The translations under genes were made by a program, and so were the position numbers. Source: Syntrophorhabdaceae bacterium (GTDB lineage Bacteria; Desulfobacterota; Syntrophorhabdia; Syntrophorhabdales; Syntrophorhabdaceae). Taken from it: 64,000 bases of DNA. This document shows, in pieces, positions 8,446 through 18,037 of this stretch; within the stretch, counting starts at the first letter, position 1; the number at the start of each line of letters is the position of its first letter. The DNA lies in contig CAXXUO010000001.1 in NCBI GenBank assembly GCA_963666485.2, positions 736,001 through 800,000 of the forward strand, in the 5' to 3' direction. The notes below the pieces were generated by a model. It saw only the letters and a list, made by a program, of their open reading frames with translations. It was not told the origin of the DNA and made no database searches.

Positions 8446-9298
8446 GCCAGGCACACTTCCCTTCTTTATGCGCGAAAGTGGCGTCGCTCTTGCGGAAGAA
8501 CAGTGTTTCCTCCCTCATATACGCCTTCCTGCGCGCGAGAAATTCCTTCCAGTCAATGTCGTGTCCGTTGAATTCCGGGCCGTCGACACAGGCGAATTTC
8601 ATCTTCCCGCCGACGGTTACCCGGCATACGCCGCACATTCCCGTGCCGTCGATCATGATCGGGTTCAAGTTGACCACGGTCGGTATGGCAAGGTCTTTTG
8701 TGACCTCCGACGTATGCGCCATAAGATATGTACACCCGTTGACGATGATCCTGTCGGGCTTCTCCCGCATGCCGTGGATAACATCCGGCAGGCGGCTTAT
8801 ATGGCCCTTCGTTCCCAGGCTGCCGTCACGGGTGATGGTGTATATCTTTTCCGCGATCGGAATATACTTATCGAGCCAGTAGATGAGGTACGAACTCCTG
8901 GCTTCGAGGACGATCGATACCTTGTTCCCTTTTGCCTTCAACGCCTTTGCGACGGGGTACAGACTTCCGATCCCGTAGCATCCGCCGACAAGCAGGACAT
9001 TCCCGAATGTATCAATGTGCGTTTCGTTCCCCAGCGGCCCGACGCATGTGAGCACCTCATCGCCCGCGTTGAGTCCCGCGAGCACCGATGTCGAGGCGCC
9101 GACCTCCATGAACACGATGGTGATCGTGCCTTTCTCGGGGTCATAGTCGGCTATCGAGAGCGGTATACGCTCACCTTCCTCGGCGCCCCGGACGATGACG
9201 AACTGCCCGGGCCTTACCTTGGTCGCGATCTCCGGCGCGTCCAGCACAAGGACATGCATATTGGGAACGATCATGGACCGTTCAATAACTTTATTCAC
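8438..9298 (-). CDS. nfnA: NfnA small subunit (FAD, 2Fe-2S), with a divergent NAD-binding region
   Basis: PGQFVIVR, ERIPLSIAD, GPLG, MIDGTGMCGVCRV...CVDGPEF. Confidence 0.88.
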   Translation of the reverse strand: MNKVIERSMIVPNMHVLVLDAPEIATKVRPGQFVIVRGAEEGERIPLSIADYDPEKGTITIVFMEVGASTSVLAGLNAGDEVLTCVGPLGNETHIDTFGNVLLVGGCYGIGSLYPVAKALKAKGNKVSIVLEARSSYLIYWLDKYIPIAEKIYTITRDGSLGTKGHISRLPDVIHGMREKPDRIIVNGCTYLMAHTSEVTKDLAIPTVVNLNPIMIDGTGMCGVCRVTVGGKMKFACVDGPEFNGHDIDWKEFLARRKAYMREETLFFRKSDATFAHKEGKCAWHE

Positions 9299-11487
9299 TT
9301 ATGCCTCCTTTCTTCTATCGCCTTCATACCGGCGACGTTATCGTGAAGGGGCACACCACGGAAAGACGCCGGGCCCTCTGCCGTAGCCTTGCGGGATGCG
9401 GGCTTCTCGGCGGCCTTGCCTTCCATGACTACCTTCTTCCTCGGGACCGTTTTGTCCTTTCCCGAAAAGCCGGGAACAGCCTTCTTGATCTCCGATTGTA
9501 TCGCTGCCAGCGAACCGAATTTGAATGCGCCTTTCTTGACCTTTCCCGCTATGCCGTTTACGATCCACCAGTCCGCCTTCGCATCGGCATATGGCTCCGA
9601 TGCCTTATTGTAGGAGAGTATCTTGCCCTCGAAGCTGATCGTCGTCCCCGGGGCCTCGGTGAAGAGTGCAGCAGGCAGGTTCAGGTTCGGCTTCACGCCT
9701 TCCGGCGCCGGAAGCGCATTCTGGTAAATGATGTAATCGCACTGAGGTAAGCCGCCACCCGGCGCCTCACCGATAAAATATCCGACCTTCCGTTTCGCTT
9801 TCAGGTCGACGACCGACGCCGGGTCTTTCATCTTCAACACCCCGTCGGATTTTATACTGCCGGGCATGAGCCCCGGGAATGCACCCATGGCGAGCATGCC
9901 AAGCAGGTTCGTGTAGGGATGGCAGACAATGACCTTCCACCCCAGGTCGTTTCTCATGGAAAGAACACGGTCTAATATCTCTTTGCGTTTTTTCGAAAAT
10001 ATCGCGCCGGGTCCGATGATCGCTATATTGCGTTCGCCTTTCTTGAAGAAGGACGCCGGCACCTTGGCCTTCTTGCCGTTGCCTGACATTGACTTCACTA
10101 TATTGTCAAGGAAGTCCGGCCAGCCCTCGGGATTCGATTGGAACCCGTGTTCCGCCAGGAAATCGAGGTTGCAATCCCCGCTGTCGATCGTGACGAGCGT
10201 CGCGTCTTTACGGGAGGCCTTCTTGACCGCAATACCGAGCGGTGTGAAACCGTAGGTCGTGTCAAGCCCGATCGAGAGGATGCCTTTCGCATTCTCCACG
10301 GAATCGATCGGTTCGGACGTAAGTGCAAGGTCCACGAAGGCCCTGAGGTCGCTTCCCAGGTCATACATGACCGAAGAGAGAATGGCCTCTGTCCCTACCA
10401 CCTCGCGTGCAAATTTCTGGGCCGCAAAAAGGTCCTCATTCGAGAGATCAGGGGAGACCACAACGCACGCTCCCTTTGACCCCGCTTCCTTGATCTTTTC
10501 TGCCGCCTTATCGAGGGCGCCGTTCCAGTCGATAAGATCGTATCCTTCCGGCCCGAGAACGGTCGGTGCCGCCAGCCTGTCCGGGCTCAGCACGTATTCC
10601 GGTATGGCGAAGCGCCCCTTGACGCATATCAGGCCGTGTTCTGTCGGTGAGTCGTAATCGGCGCTGACGTCGACGACCTCACCGTCCTTTACTTTCAGGT
10701 CGAGCGTACACCCGGTTGGGCAGTACGGACATGTCGACTCGATGATCTCGTCCGGCTTTCCCGACCATTTGCTTACCTTCGCGGAAAGTGCACCCGTGGG
10801 GCACACGGCAACGCAGGCGCCGCAAAACTCGCAGCCCGCCTCGAGATGTGTCCGTGCAAATGCGGGCCCGATCGTTGTCTGCTTGCCGCGCTGTTTAAAG
10901 CTCAATGTTCCATTGAGGCGAATTTCGTTGCATACCCGGACGCACCGCCCGCACAGTATGCAGAGGTTATAATCCCTGTCGTAGAACGGATCCTCTTTTT
11001 CGACGGGGAAATTCCTGTAATAGACGGGGTACGATGTCTCTGTGAGACCGACTTTTTGCGTTATATCCTGAAGCTCACAGAGCGCGTCGTTCGGGCAGTA
11101 GCGGCAGCCCGTCGTGACGCCGACCTTGCGGATCGTTCCCTGGAACTCCTTGCAGTCGTCCTGCTCCCCGCAGAAGAGGCAGCTTGCCGGATGCTCGCTC
11201 AAGAGGAGCTTCAAGACCTCCTGGCGGAGCGTCCTTACCTCCGCGGTGTCAGTCCTTATCACCATGCCTTCCTCTACCGGCGTCGTGCATGACGTCGGGA
11301 AGCCCCTGATGCCGTCGACCTCCACGACGCACAGCCTGCATGCGCCGTACGAAGGCAGGTGCTCCAGCGCGCACAGGGACGGTATGTCGACCCCGGCCTC
11401 GCGCGCCGCCTGGAGAATGGTCAAGCCAGCCTTCGCCTCCACTTTCCTGTTATCGATCGTTATGGAAACCTTTTTCTCCTTGGTCAT
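9295..11487 (-). CDS. NuoG/FdhA-like iron-sulfur subunit (2Fe-2S, several 4Fe-4S, degenerate molybdopterin-fold domain)
   Basis: IPSLC..GACRLCVVEV..TSC, HPASCLFC, CILCGRCVRVC, CEFCGACVAVCP, STCPYCPTGC..CVKGRF; no H-cluster motifs; ATG at 11487 overlaps the upstream stop. Confidence 0.85.
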   Translation of the reverse strand: MTKEKKVSITIDNRKVEAKAGLTILQAAREAGVDIPSLCALEHLPSYGACRLCVVEVDGIRGFPTSCTTPVEEGMVIRTDTAEVRTLRQEVLKLLLSEHPASCLFCGEQDDCKEFQGTIRKVGVTTGCRYCPNDALCELQDITQKVGLTETSYPVYYRNFPVEKEDPFYDRDYNLCILCGRCVRVCNEIRLNGTLSFKQRGKQTTIGPAFARTHLEAGCEFCGACVAVCPTGALSAKVSKWSGKPDEIIESTCPYCPTGCTLDLKVKDGEVVDVSADYDSPTEHGLICVKGRFAIPEYVLSPDRLAAPTVLGPEGYDLIDWNGALDKAAEKIKEAGSKGACVVVSPDLSNEDLFAAQKFAREVVGTEAILSSVMYDLGSDLRAFVDLALTSEPIDSVENAKGILSIGLDTTYGFTPLGIAVKKASRKDATLVTIDSGDCNLDFLAEHGFQSNPEGWPDFLDNIVKSMSGNGKKAKVPASFFKKGERNIAIIGPGAIFSKKRKEILDRVLSMRNDLGWKVIVCHPYTNLLGMLAMGAFPGLMPGSIKSDGVLKMKDPASVVDLKAKRKVGYFIGEAPGGGLPQCDYIIYQNALPAPEGVKPNLNLPAALFTEAPGTTISFEGKILSYNKASEPYADAKADWWIVNGIAGKVKKGAFKFGSLAAIQSEIKKAVPGFSGKDKTVPRKKVVMEGKAAEKPASRKATAEGPASFRGVPLHDNVAGMKAIEERRHK

Positions 11488-13364
11488 GATTGTTTCTCCG
11501 CTGTTCTGATCACGATGGCGTCGCCCGCGATAGCTTCGTAACGGCAAACCTCATAGCAAGATCGGCACTTTATGCATTTTGAGGCGTCGAGATTGTGAGG
11601 CTCGGACCTCGGACCGGTAATTGCCCCTGTCGGGCAGACCCGGACGCACGACTGGCACCCGGTGCATTTTTCCTTGATGACACGGTATTCGATGAGCGGT
11701 TTACATACCGTCGCCCGGCACCTGTGGTCCTTGATGTGCTCCAGGTACTCGTTCCGGAAATACCGCAACGTGGTCAGGACCGGGTTCGGCGCCGTCTGGC
11801 CGAGGCCGCACAGGGCGCCTTTCTTGATCGTGTCGCCTAAGGTTCTCAATGCAAGAAGATCGTCGGGAGTTCCTTCCCCGTCCGTGATCCTCTGGAGTAT
11901 CTCGAGAATGTGCCTCGTACCGACCCGGCAGGGCACGCATTTCCCGCAGGACTCTTTCTGCGTGAAATCGAGAAAATACTTCGCCAGGTCAACGATGCAC
12001 GTGTCCTCATCCATGACGATGAGGCCGCCCGAGCCCATGATCGAGCCCGCGCTTGCAAGTGATTCGTAATCGACCGTGAGGTCGAGGAATTCCTCTGAGA
12101 GGCAGCCCCCTGACGGTCCGCCCGTCTGGATGGCCTTGAATGGCTTCTGCACCCCGCCGCCGATGTCGAAGATGATCTCGCGCAGCGTCGTGCCGAGCTG
12201 GACCTCGATGAGCCCCGGCCGGCGGATCTTGCCGACGAGGGAGAATGTCTTTGTGCCGCGATTGCCTTCTTTACCGAAACGGTTGTACCATTCCGGGCCG
12301 TTCCTTAAGATGTTCGGGAGCGTGCCCAGTGTCTCGACGTTGTTGATGATCGTCGGCGACTGGAAAAGGCCCGATATAGCGGGGAATGGCGGGCGTGATT
12401 TCGGCATGCCGCGCTTGCCTTCTATGGAACCGATGAGCGCTGTTTCCTCACCGCAGACAAACGCGCCGGCGCCCTCCTTGATCTTGATCTCGAAACTGAA
12501 GTCGGAGCCAAGGATATTCTTGCCGAGGAGCCCGTACTCGCGCATCTGGCCGATCGCCCGTTTGAGCCGGTCGATCGCGAGCGGATACTCCGCGCGGATA
12601 TACACGATGCCCTTGCTCGCACCGATCGCGTACCCGGCGATGAGCATGCCTTCAAGGACGGCATGCGGGTCGGATTCGATGAGCGACCTGTTCATGAATG
12701 CACCGGGGTCACCTTCATCGGCGTTGCAGATGAGATATTTCTGTTCACCCGGCGATTCCCTGCAGACCGTCCATTTCCTGAAGGTCGGGAACCCGGCGCC
12801 GCCGCGGCCTCTCAGGCCGGCCTGCCGTACGACGGCGATGACGTCCTCGGGGGTTGTTTTTAGTGCTTTCATGAAACCCTGGTACCCGTCGACAGCGAGG
12901 TACTGGTCGATCTCTTCGGGATCGATAAAGCCGCAGTTGCGCAGCACGATGCGGACCTGGGGTTTCAGCATGGGGAGATCGAAGAATTTCGGGATGCCTT
13001 CAAAACCATCGCTGCCGAAATGCCCGAGGGCGAGTTTCTTGTGGGGCACGCCGTCGATGAAATGGGACTTCAGGATCATCCCCAGCATCTTGGCATTGAC
13101 GTTGTTGTAGCTGACGCGAGGCTGACCGGGCATCTTGATGTCAATGAGCGGTTCAAGATAGCACGGCCCGATGCACCCTACCTCGATAATGCGGGCGGTT
13201 TTCTTGTTTTCATCAAGAAAGGTCTTGACGCCTTCCTTGAGGTCGAGAGCCCCGGCAGCACGGCCGCAGGATGCGGCACCTACGTAAACGATGGGCTCCT
13301 TGTTGTCGTTGAGCTTCTCCCATTTACTCTTTGCCGAATCGATCTTCTTAGCGAGTTTATTCAT
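11484..13364 (-). CDS. NuoF/HydB-like FMN/NADH-binding subunit
   Basis: LRGRGGAGFP, CNADEGDPGAF, GAGAFVCGEETAL, ESCGKCVPCRVG, N-terminal thioredoxin-like 2Fe-2S domain, C-terminal 2x[4Fe-4S]. Confidence 0.93.
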   Translation of the reverse strand: MNKLAKKIDSAKSKWEKLNDNKEPIVYVGAASCGRAAGALDLKEGVKTFLDENKKTARIIEVGCIGPCYLEPLIDIKMPGQPRVSYNNVNAKMLGMILKSHFIDGVPHKKLALGHFGSDGFEGIPKFFDLPMLKPQVRIVLRNCGFIDPEEIDQYLAVDGYQGFMKALKTTPEDVIAVVRQAGLRGRGGAGFPTFRKWTVCRESPGEQKYLICNADEGDPGAFMNRSLIESDPHAVLEGMLIAGYAIGASKGIVYIRAEYPLAIDRLKRAIGQMREYGLLGKNILGSDFSFEIKIKEGAGAFVCGEETALIGSIEGKRGMPKSRPPFPAISGLFQSPTIINNVETLGTLPNILRNGPEWYNRFGKEGNRGTKTFSLVGKIRRPGLIEVQLGTTLREIIFDIGGGVQKPFKAIQTGGPSGGCLSEEFLDLTVDYESLASAGSIMGSGGLIVMDEDTCIVDLAKYFLDFTQKESCGKCVPCRVGTRHILEILQRITDGEGTPDDLLALRTLGDTIKKGALCGLGQTAPNPVLTTLRYFRNEYLEHIKDHRCRATVCKPLIEYRVIKEKCTGCQSCVRVCPTGAITGPRSEPHNLDASKCIKCRSCYEVCRYEAIAGDAIVIRTAEKQS

Positions 13365-13806
13365 AATTTTTCAATAACTCCGTCAGTTTATTGACCGTCA
13401 TCCTGCTGTAAATATCACGATCGATCTGCACGACGGGGGACAATGCACAGCACCCGAGGCATGCGACGCGATCGACGTCGAAACGCTGGTCCTCAGTTGT
13501 CTCCCCGCAGTGAATGCCCAGGCTGTGTTCAAGGCTGTCGAGCAGTGTGCCGCCGCCCCTGACATGGCACGCTGTCCCGAGACATACCTTGATGCCGTGG
13601 CGCCCCGGTTCCGTGAAACGGAACTGCGCATAGAATGATGAAACACCGTAGATCTGGTTTTCTGAAATGCGAAGGTACCGGGAAATAGCTTTTACGTTAT
13701 CTTCCCCGATATACCCGAAGACCGCCTGAACATCCTGTAGGATCGGGATCAACTCGTCGGGACCGCGGCCATGCTTCCCGAGAATCTTTGAAATTTGTTC
13801 GGGCAT
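13357..13806 (-). CDS. NuoE/HydC-like 2Fe-2S subunit
   Basis: LIPILQDVQ, VCLGTACHVRG, VACLGCCALSP. Confidence 0.93.
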   Translation of the reverse strand: MPEQISKILGKHGRGPDELIPILQDVQAVFGYIGEDNVKAISRYLRISENQIYGVSSFYAQFRFTEPGRHGIKVCLGTACHVRGGGTLLDSLEHSLGIHCGETTEDQRFDVDRVACLGCCALSPVVQIDRDIYSRMTVNKLTELLKNYE

Positions 13807-14085
13807 GGATCTCTCCTATGCCACTAATGTGGCGTTACGAATAAATCAGTCGCGCCGTGATCCGTTCGAGCAGGTATCGTGAAATTTTATCAGTTGTGAG
13901 ATGGCGGTAGTACTGGCTTCCAATCGTTCCCCGAAAAATGCCCCCATGTACACTCATTATTAAAGAAGGCACAAAGTACTGTCAAGAAAAAATTTGAAAA
14001 AAGTTGTATATCATGGAAACTATTGACGTTACACAGTAGGCAAGAGGGGCCGTACGGGACACTGTATACAGTATACTGAAAAGGC

Positions 14086-14229
14086 GGGTAAGGGGTAATG
14101 GGCAAGGGGTAATGGGAAACAGGGAAAAAGAAAAAGGTTTTTTGGGTTCACCGAATATTTAAGGTACAGGTTGATGGGTAATGGGTGATACGATTTTCAT
14201 CGTTTCTCCATTACCCATTACCCATTACC
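14086..14229. repeat. Inverted heptamer arrays (GGGTAAT)n...(ATTACCC)n
   Basis: GGGTAAG GGGTAAT GGGCAAG GGGTAAT at the left; CCATTACCCATTACCCATTACC at the right. Confidence 0.75.
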
Positions 14230-14500
14230 TGGCTTTTCTATTCAGTTCCAGCGTTACGAGGTTAGACGTGTCGGCGCATTGGACGCGGATCGTATCGCCG
14301 TCCCACCAGGGGAGGTTGCCGCCGAACTGAAAGGTCTGGAGGTCGGGGAAAATAGAGTGATAGAAGAAACCGCACAGACCTCCGGAATCGTGGCAGCTTA
14401 TCTCGAAGGCGTCACCCGCCTTATGCCCTGCGCTGCACGTTCCTCTCGATTCAACGACCGTGGCCGTGACCTTGTAGCCTATGCCCGGATCCAATGCCAT
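14225..14500 (-). CDS. Small Cys-containing protein (TIGR04076-like)
   Basis: GTCSAGHKAGD, LCGFFYHSIFP, VQCAD; RBS AGGAGG. Confidence 0.75.
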   Translation of the reverse strand: MALDPGIGYKVTATVVESRGTCSAGHKAGDAFEISCHDSGGLCGFFYHSIFPDLQTFQFGGNLPWWDGDTIRVQCADTSNLVTLELNRKAR

Positions 14501-14518
14501 AGTGTGCCTCCTTCAGGG

Positions 14519-14597
14519 TCGTAAAACGCGAGACGCGAAAAGTTAAAGATTTCTGATCCATCCGCATCTCACGTTTTACGTCTTGCGTCTTGCGAGC
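14519..14597. repeat. Short inverted heptamer arrays (CGYRARA-type)
   Basis: CGTAAAA CGCGAGA CGCGAAA ... TCTCACG TTTTACG TCTTGCG TCTTGCG. Confidence 0.65.
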
Positions 14598-14600
14598 CTT

Positions 14601-15644
14601 TTACGCGCCCGCCCGTATCGACATTATATCCCCGTCCTGCACGATATACGTCTTTCCTTCGAGGCGCCAGACGCCGGCCTTCTTGCATTCATTCATCCCG
14701 CCGTATTTCATAAAATCCGCGTAGGAAACCACCTCTGCCCGGATAAACCGGGCCGAGAGGTCCGTATGTATCGCACCGGCGGCCTCCTGCGCGGTGACGC
14801 CCCTGCGCACGGGCCATGCCCGGCATTCGTCGTCGCCGACCGTGAGGAACGAGATGAGGCCGAGCGTGTCGAAGGCGAGCCGGATCATTCTCCCCCTGAT
14901 GGATTCCTTCAGGCTGAACTCCTCCATGAACGCCGCGCGCTCATCGTCCGCCATCATCGCAAGCTCCTGCTCGAGGGTTGCGCAGACGTACAGCACGGGA
15001 TATCCGTCAAGCTCTTCGGCGCGCCCTTCATCTTCGGCGACCGTACCTTCCGGCCGGTTTACCGCGATCATCATCGGCTTCTGCGAGAGGAAGCGGAAAC
15101 CGCGCACCGCCTTCTCGTCGTTCGGGCCAAGCTCAAGCGTTTTGAGCGCTTTGCCGTCCCCGACATGCGCCAGCAGCCGGTCGAGAAGCTCGATCTCCTG
15201 CTGCAGCGCGGTATTCTCCTTCTTGCCGCCCTGCCTCCTGATCCTCTCGATCCGCCCCTCTATCTGGATCATATCGGCAAGGATAAATTCGTTCATCAGG
15301 TCCTGGAATTCACGCTTCACGTCAGCTCCTTCATCGCCGTCGAAATCATTGAGGACCAGTATGAAGGCGTCGCTCGAGCGCATCTTCTGGAGCGTCTTTG
15401 CATTTACTGTTGAGTCTTTTATGTTCCCTTCACCGATCGCCACCGTATCGGCAAGCTCGATCCGCGCGTACGTGGTTTTCTTTGGTTTGAATATTGCGGC
15501 AAGCTCGTCGACGCGCGGGTCCGGTACGTCGATCAATACGATATTGTCGCCGTCCGAGAAGCCCCGCGCACTTTCAACACCGCTCAATGCCTGAAAAAGC
15601 GTCGTCTTTCCCGACCGCGCCGGCCCGATAACTGAAATATACAT
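14601..15644 (-). CDS. YchF-like Obg-family ATPase (DUF933/TGS C-terminus)
   Basis: P-loop GPARSGKTT, VPDPRVDEL, LISFLTVG, AAGAIHTD, FIRAEV, RLEGKTYIVQDGD. Confidence 0.88.
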   Translation of the reverse strand: MYISVIGPARSGKTTLFQALSGVESARGFSDGDNIVLIDVPDPRVDELAAIFKPKKTTYARIELADTVAIGEGNIKDSTVNAKTLQKMRSSDAFILVLNDFDGDEGADVKREFQDLMNEFILADMIQIEGRIERIRRQGGKKENTALQQEIELLDRLLAHVGDGKALKTLELGPNDEKAVRGFRFLSQKPMMIAVNRPEGTVAEDEGRAEELDGYPVLYVCATLEQELAMMADDERAAFMEEFSLKESIRGRMIRLAFDTLGLISFLTVGDDECRAWPVRRGVTAQEAAGAIHTDLSARFIRAEVVSYADFMKYGGMNECKKAGVWRLEGKTYIVQDGDIMSIRAGA

Positions 15645-16003
15645 CGCATTCTCCCTTTATTGTACGAACAAAACCCGGATGGTTCGATATCCCGCCGGGC
15701 CATAATTATACCGTCTTTTGAGGGCTTGTGTCAGCTTTTTATCCGGCAACGCGCCTGACGTCTTGCACGATCGCCGTCCTTCGGACCGGGATGGGCCCCT
15801 GTTTCCGCCAAAATCCAAAAATATTATTTAGCCGCATGATCATGCCAGCCGCACAGCGTTTAATAGCAACGCACGACGCAGGACCCGACCGATCATCGCA
15901 CTATCGTACTTAAAATTTCTGTTATAATTTTATGAACACGAACGGGCATGTTAACCGGGCTTCGAGGTTGCAGCGCAAAGACAAATATCCCTGGTGCAAG
16001 GTG

Positions 16004-18037
16004 ATGATGACACAGAAAGATCGGTCTCAGGCACGGACATTATCTGCTGAACCTTTTATGAAGGCGTTCTACCAGAACTCGGCTGCGGCCATGATCATCG
16101 ACCGGGATACCATGTCAATTATCGACGTCAATGAAAGCTTCCTGAGGACATTCGGGTATACGCGCGAAGAGGTCATAGGCACCACGGCGTTAAAGTTAAA
16201 TCTGTACTATGATCCGGCAGATCGCTCGGCGGTCCTCGACATGCTGAACGAGCGCGGCACTATCAGGAATTACGAGTTTACCGGGCGGGCCAAATCCGGG
16301 AAACCGGTCAATCTGCTTCTCTCGGCGGATGATGTTTCGGTCCATGGCAGCCATTATACGATCGCCTCGGGGATGGATATTACCGACCGTAAGGCGGCCG
16401 AAGAAAAATTGCGGGAAAGTGAACAAAAATACCGGACCCTCGTGGAACAGGCCGATGACGGGATCATCCTGGTACAGGACGCGGTCATGGAGTATGTCAA
16501 CCCCCGCATGGCGGACCTGCTCGGCACTACGGTGGAAGAGATCACGGGGTCCTTTATAGCCGACTATATAGATTCCGCAGATGTCGAAAAGGTGACCGAA
16601 AGGCACCGAAGACGGCTGGCCGGAGAAAAGTTTCCATCGATATATGAAGCGCTCCTGAAACGCGGCGACGGGGCACCGGTGCAAACCGAACTCAACGTCG
16701 GCCTCATCACGTACCGGGGAAGACCTGCCACGCAGGTCATCGTGCGGGACATCACGGAGCGCAAACGGATGGAGGATGACCTGCGCCGGTCCCAATACGA
16801 ACTGGAACGGCGCGTCGAAGAACGGACCGAGGAATTGCAGAAGGCGTACAACCGGCTGCTGGCGGAGATCAAACAGCGGCACGTGGCCGAGGAACAGCTT
16901 CTCCAGACACAAAAGATGGAGGCAGTCGGGAACCTTGCCGGAGGTATCGCCCACGATTTCAATAATATGCTCGCAGTCATCATTGGAAATGCCGAACTTG
17001 CCCTCGACGACGTGACGGGGCCTCCCCGGCATTTCCTCAAGCAGATCCTCAAGGCATCCGAGCGGTCCCGGGACCTGGTGCGGCAGATACTCACATTTAC
17101 CCGGAAGAACGAGGAACCGAGGGAGATCATTCACATCATACCCCTTTTGAAGGATACCGTAAAAATGCTTCGGGGCTCTATGCCGAGCACTATTCGCATC
17201 ATCCTCACTATCCGTACCGATCGGGACGCGGCCGTCGCAAACCCGTCCCAGGTACAGCAGGTCGTTATGAACCTGGCCACCAATGCCGCGCATGCGATGG
17301 AGCACGGCGGTATACTGGCGATCCGGTTGACAGAAACTACCTTCGAGGACGGGGACCGCCTTCCTGAGAAAGACATGGAGGCCGGCAGATACCTGAAGAT
17401 AAGGATCGCCGACACGGGGACAGGGATCGGGGACGATGTTCGCCAGCGGATATTCGAACCATTCTTCACTACCAAGGGCCCGGGGAAAGGGACAGGAATG
17501 GGGCTTGCGGTCGCCTTCGGTATCGTCAAGGCCCACGAAGGTGCGATAACGGTGTCGAGCAGACCGGGTAAAGGGTCGGTTTTCAGCGTATTTCTGCCGG
17601 CGTCCCGGGGGGAAACGAAAGAGGAACCCGTTCAAAGCTGGACGCTCCCGCGGGGGAAAGAATCCATCCTCGTGGTGGATGATGAACCTCTCGTGGTGGA
17701 AGCCACGTCAGAAACCCTCAAACGGCTGGGATACACGGTAACCACTGCCGAAAGCGGACCTGACGGATGGAGAAAATTCAAGAACGATCCTCGCTGCTTC
17801 GACCTTGTCATTACGGACCATGTCATGCCGGACATCACAGGGATGAGACTGGCGGAGAAAATGCTCAGAATGAGGCGTGATCTCCCCGTCATACTCTGTA
17901 CGGGTTACAGCGAGATGGTCTCCCCGGAAAAGGCGAAAGCTGTCGGTATCCGCGAGTTCCTCATGAAACCGCTTATGGTGCAGGAACTGGCATATATCGT
18001 ACGCCGGGTGCTCGATACTCAAATGTACGGGGCTTAG
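16004..18037 (+). CDS. PAS-PAS hybrid sensor histidine kinase/response regulator
   Basis: Two PAS/PAC domains, H-box AHDFNNML, NLATNA, FEPFFTTK, GTGMGL, C-terminal REC; start uncertain (15932-16058). Confidence 0.92.
   Translation: MMTQKDRSQARTLSAEPFMKAFYQNSAAAMIIDRDTMSIIDVNESFLRTFGYTREEVIGTTALKLNLYYDPADRSAVLDMLNERGTIRNYEFTGRAKSGKPVNLLLSADDVSVHGSHYTIASGMDITDRKAAEEKLRESEQKYRTLVEQADDGIILVQDAVMEYVNPRMADLLGTTVEEITGSFIADYIDSADVEKVTERHRRRLAGEKFPSIYEALLKRGDGAPVQTELNVGLITYRGRPATQVIVRDITERKRMEDDLRRSQYELERRVEERTEELQKAYNRLLAEIKQRHVAEEQLLQTQKMEAVGNLAGGIAHDFNNMLAVIIGNAELALDDVTGPPRHFLKQILKASERSRDLVRQILTFTRKNEEPREIIHIIPLLKDTVKMLRGSMPSTIRIILTIRTDRDAAVANPSQVQQVVMNLATNAAHAMEHGGILAIRLTETTFEDGDRLPEKDMEAGRYLKIRIADTGTGIGDDVRQRIFEPFFTTKGPGKGTGMGLAVAFGIVKAHEGAITVSSRPGKGSVFSVFLPASRGETKEEPVQSWTLPRGKESILVVDDEPLVVEATSETLKRLGYTVTTAESGPDGWRKFKNDPRCFDLVITDHVMPDITGMRLAEKMLRMRRDLPVILCTGYSEMVSPEKAKAVGIREFLMKPLMVQELAYIVRRVLDTQMYGA

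Noticed and set aside
9295..11487. Formate dehydrogenase alpha subunit or [FeFe]-hydrogenase catalytic subunit
   Set aside because: No Cys/Sec-His active-site motif, no in-frame UGA and no H-cluster motifs.
13877..13895. Rex-like site upstream of the nuoE-like gene (TCGTGAAATTTTATCAG)
   Set aside because: Only the left half-site matches; too weak to call.
16196..17635. 479-aa minus-strand ORF and similar long antisense ORFs elsewhere
   Set aside because: Antisense to well-supported genes, with no domain signatures.
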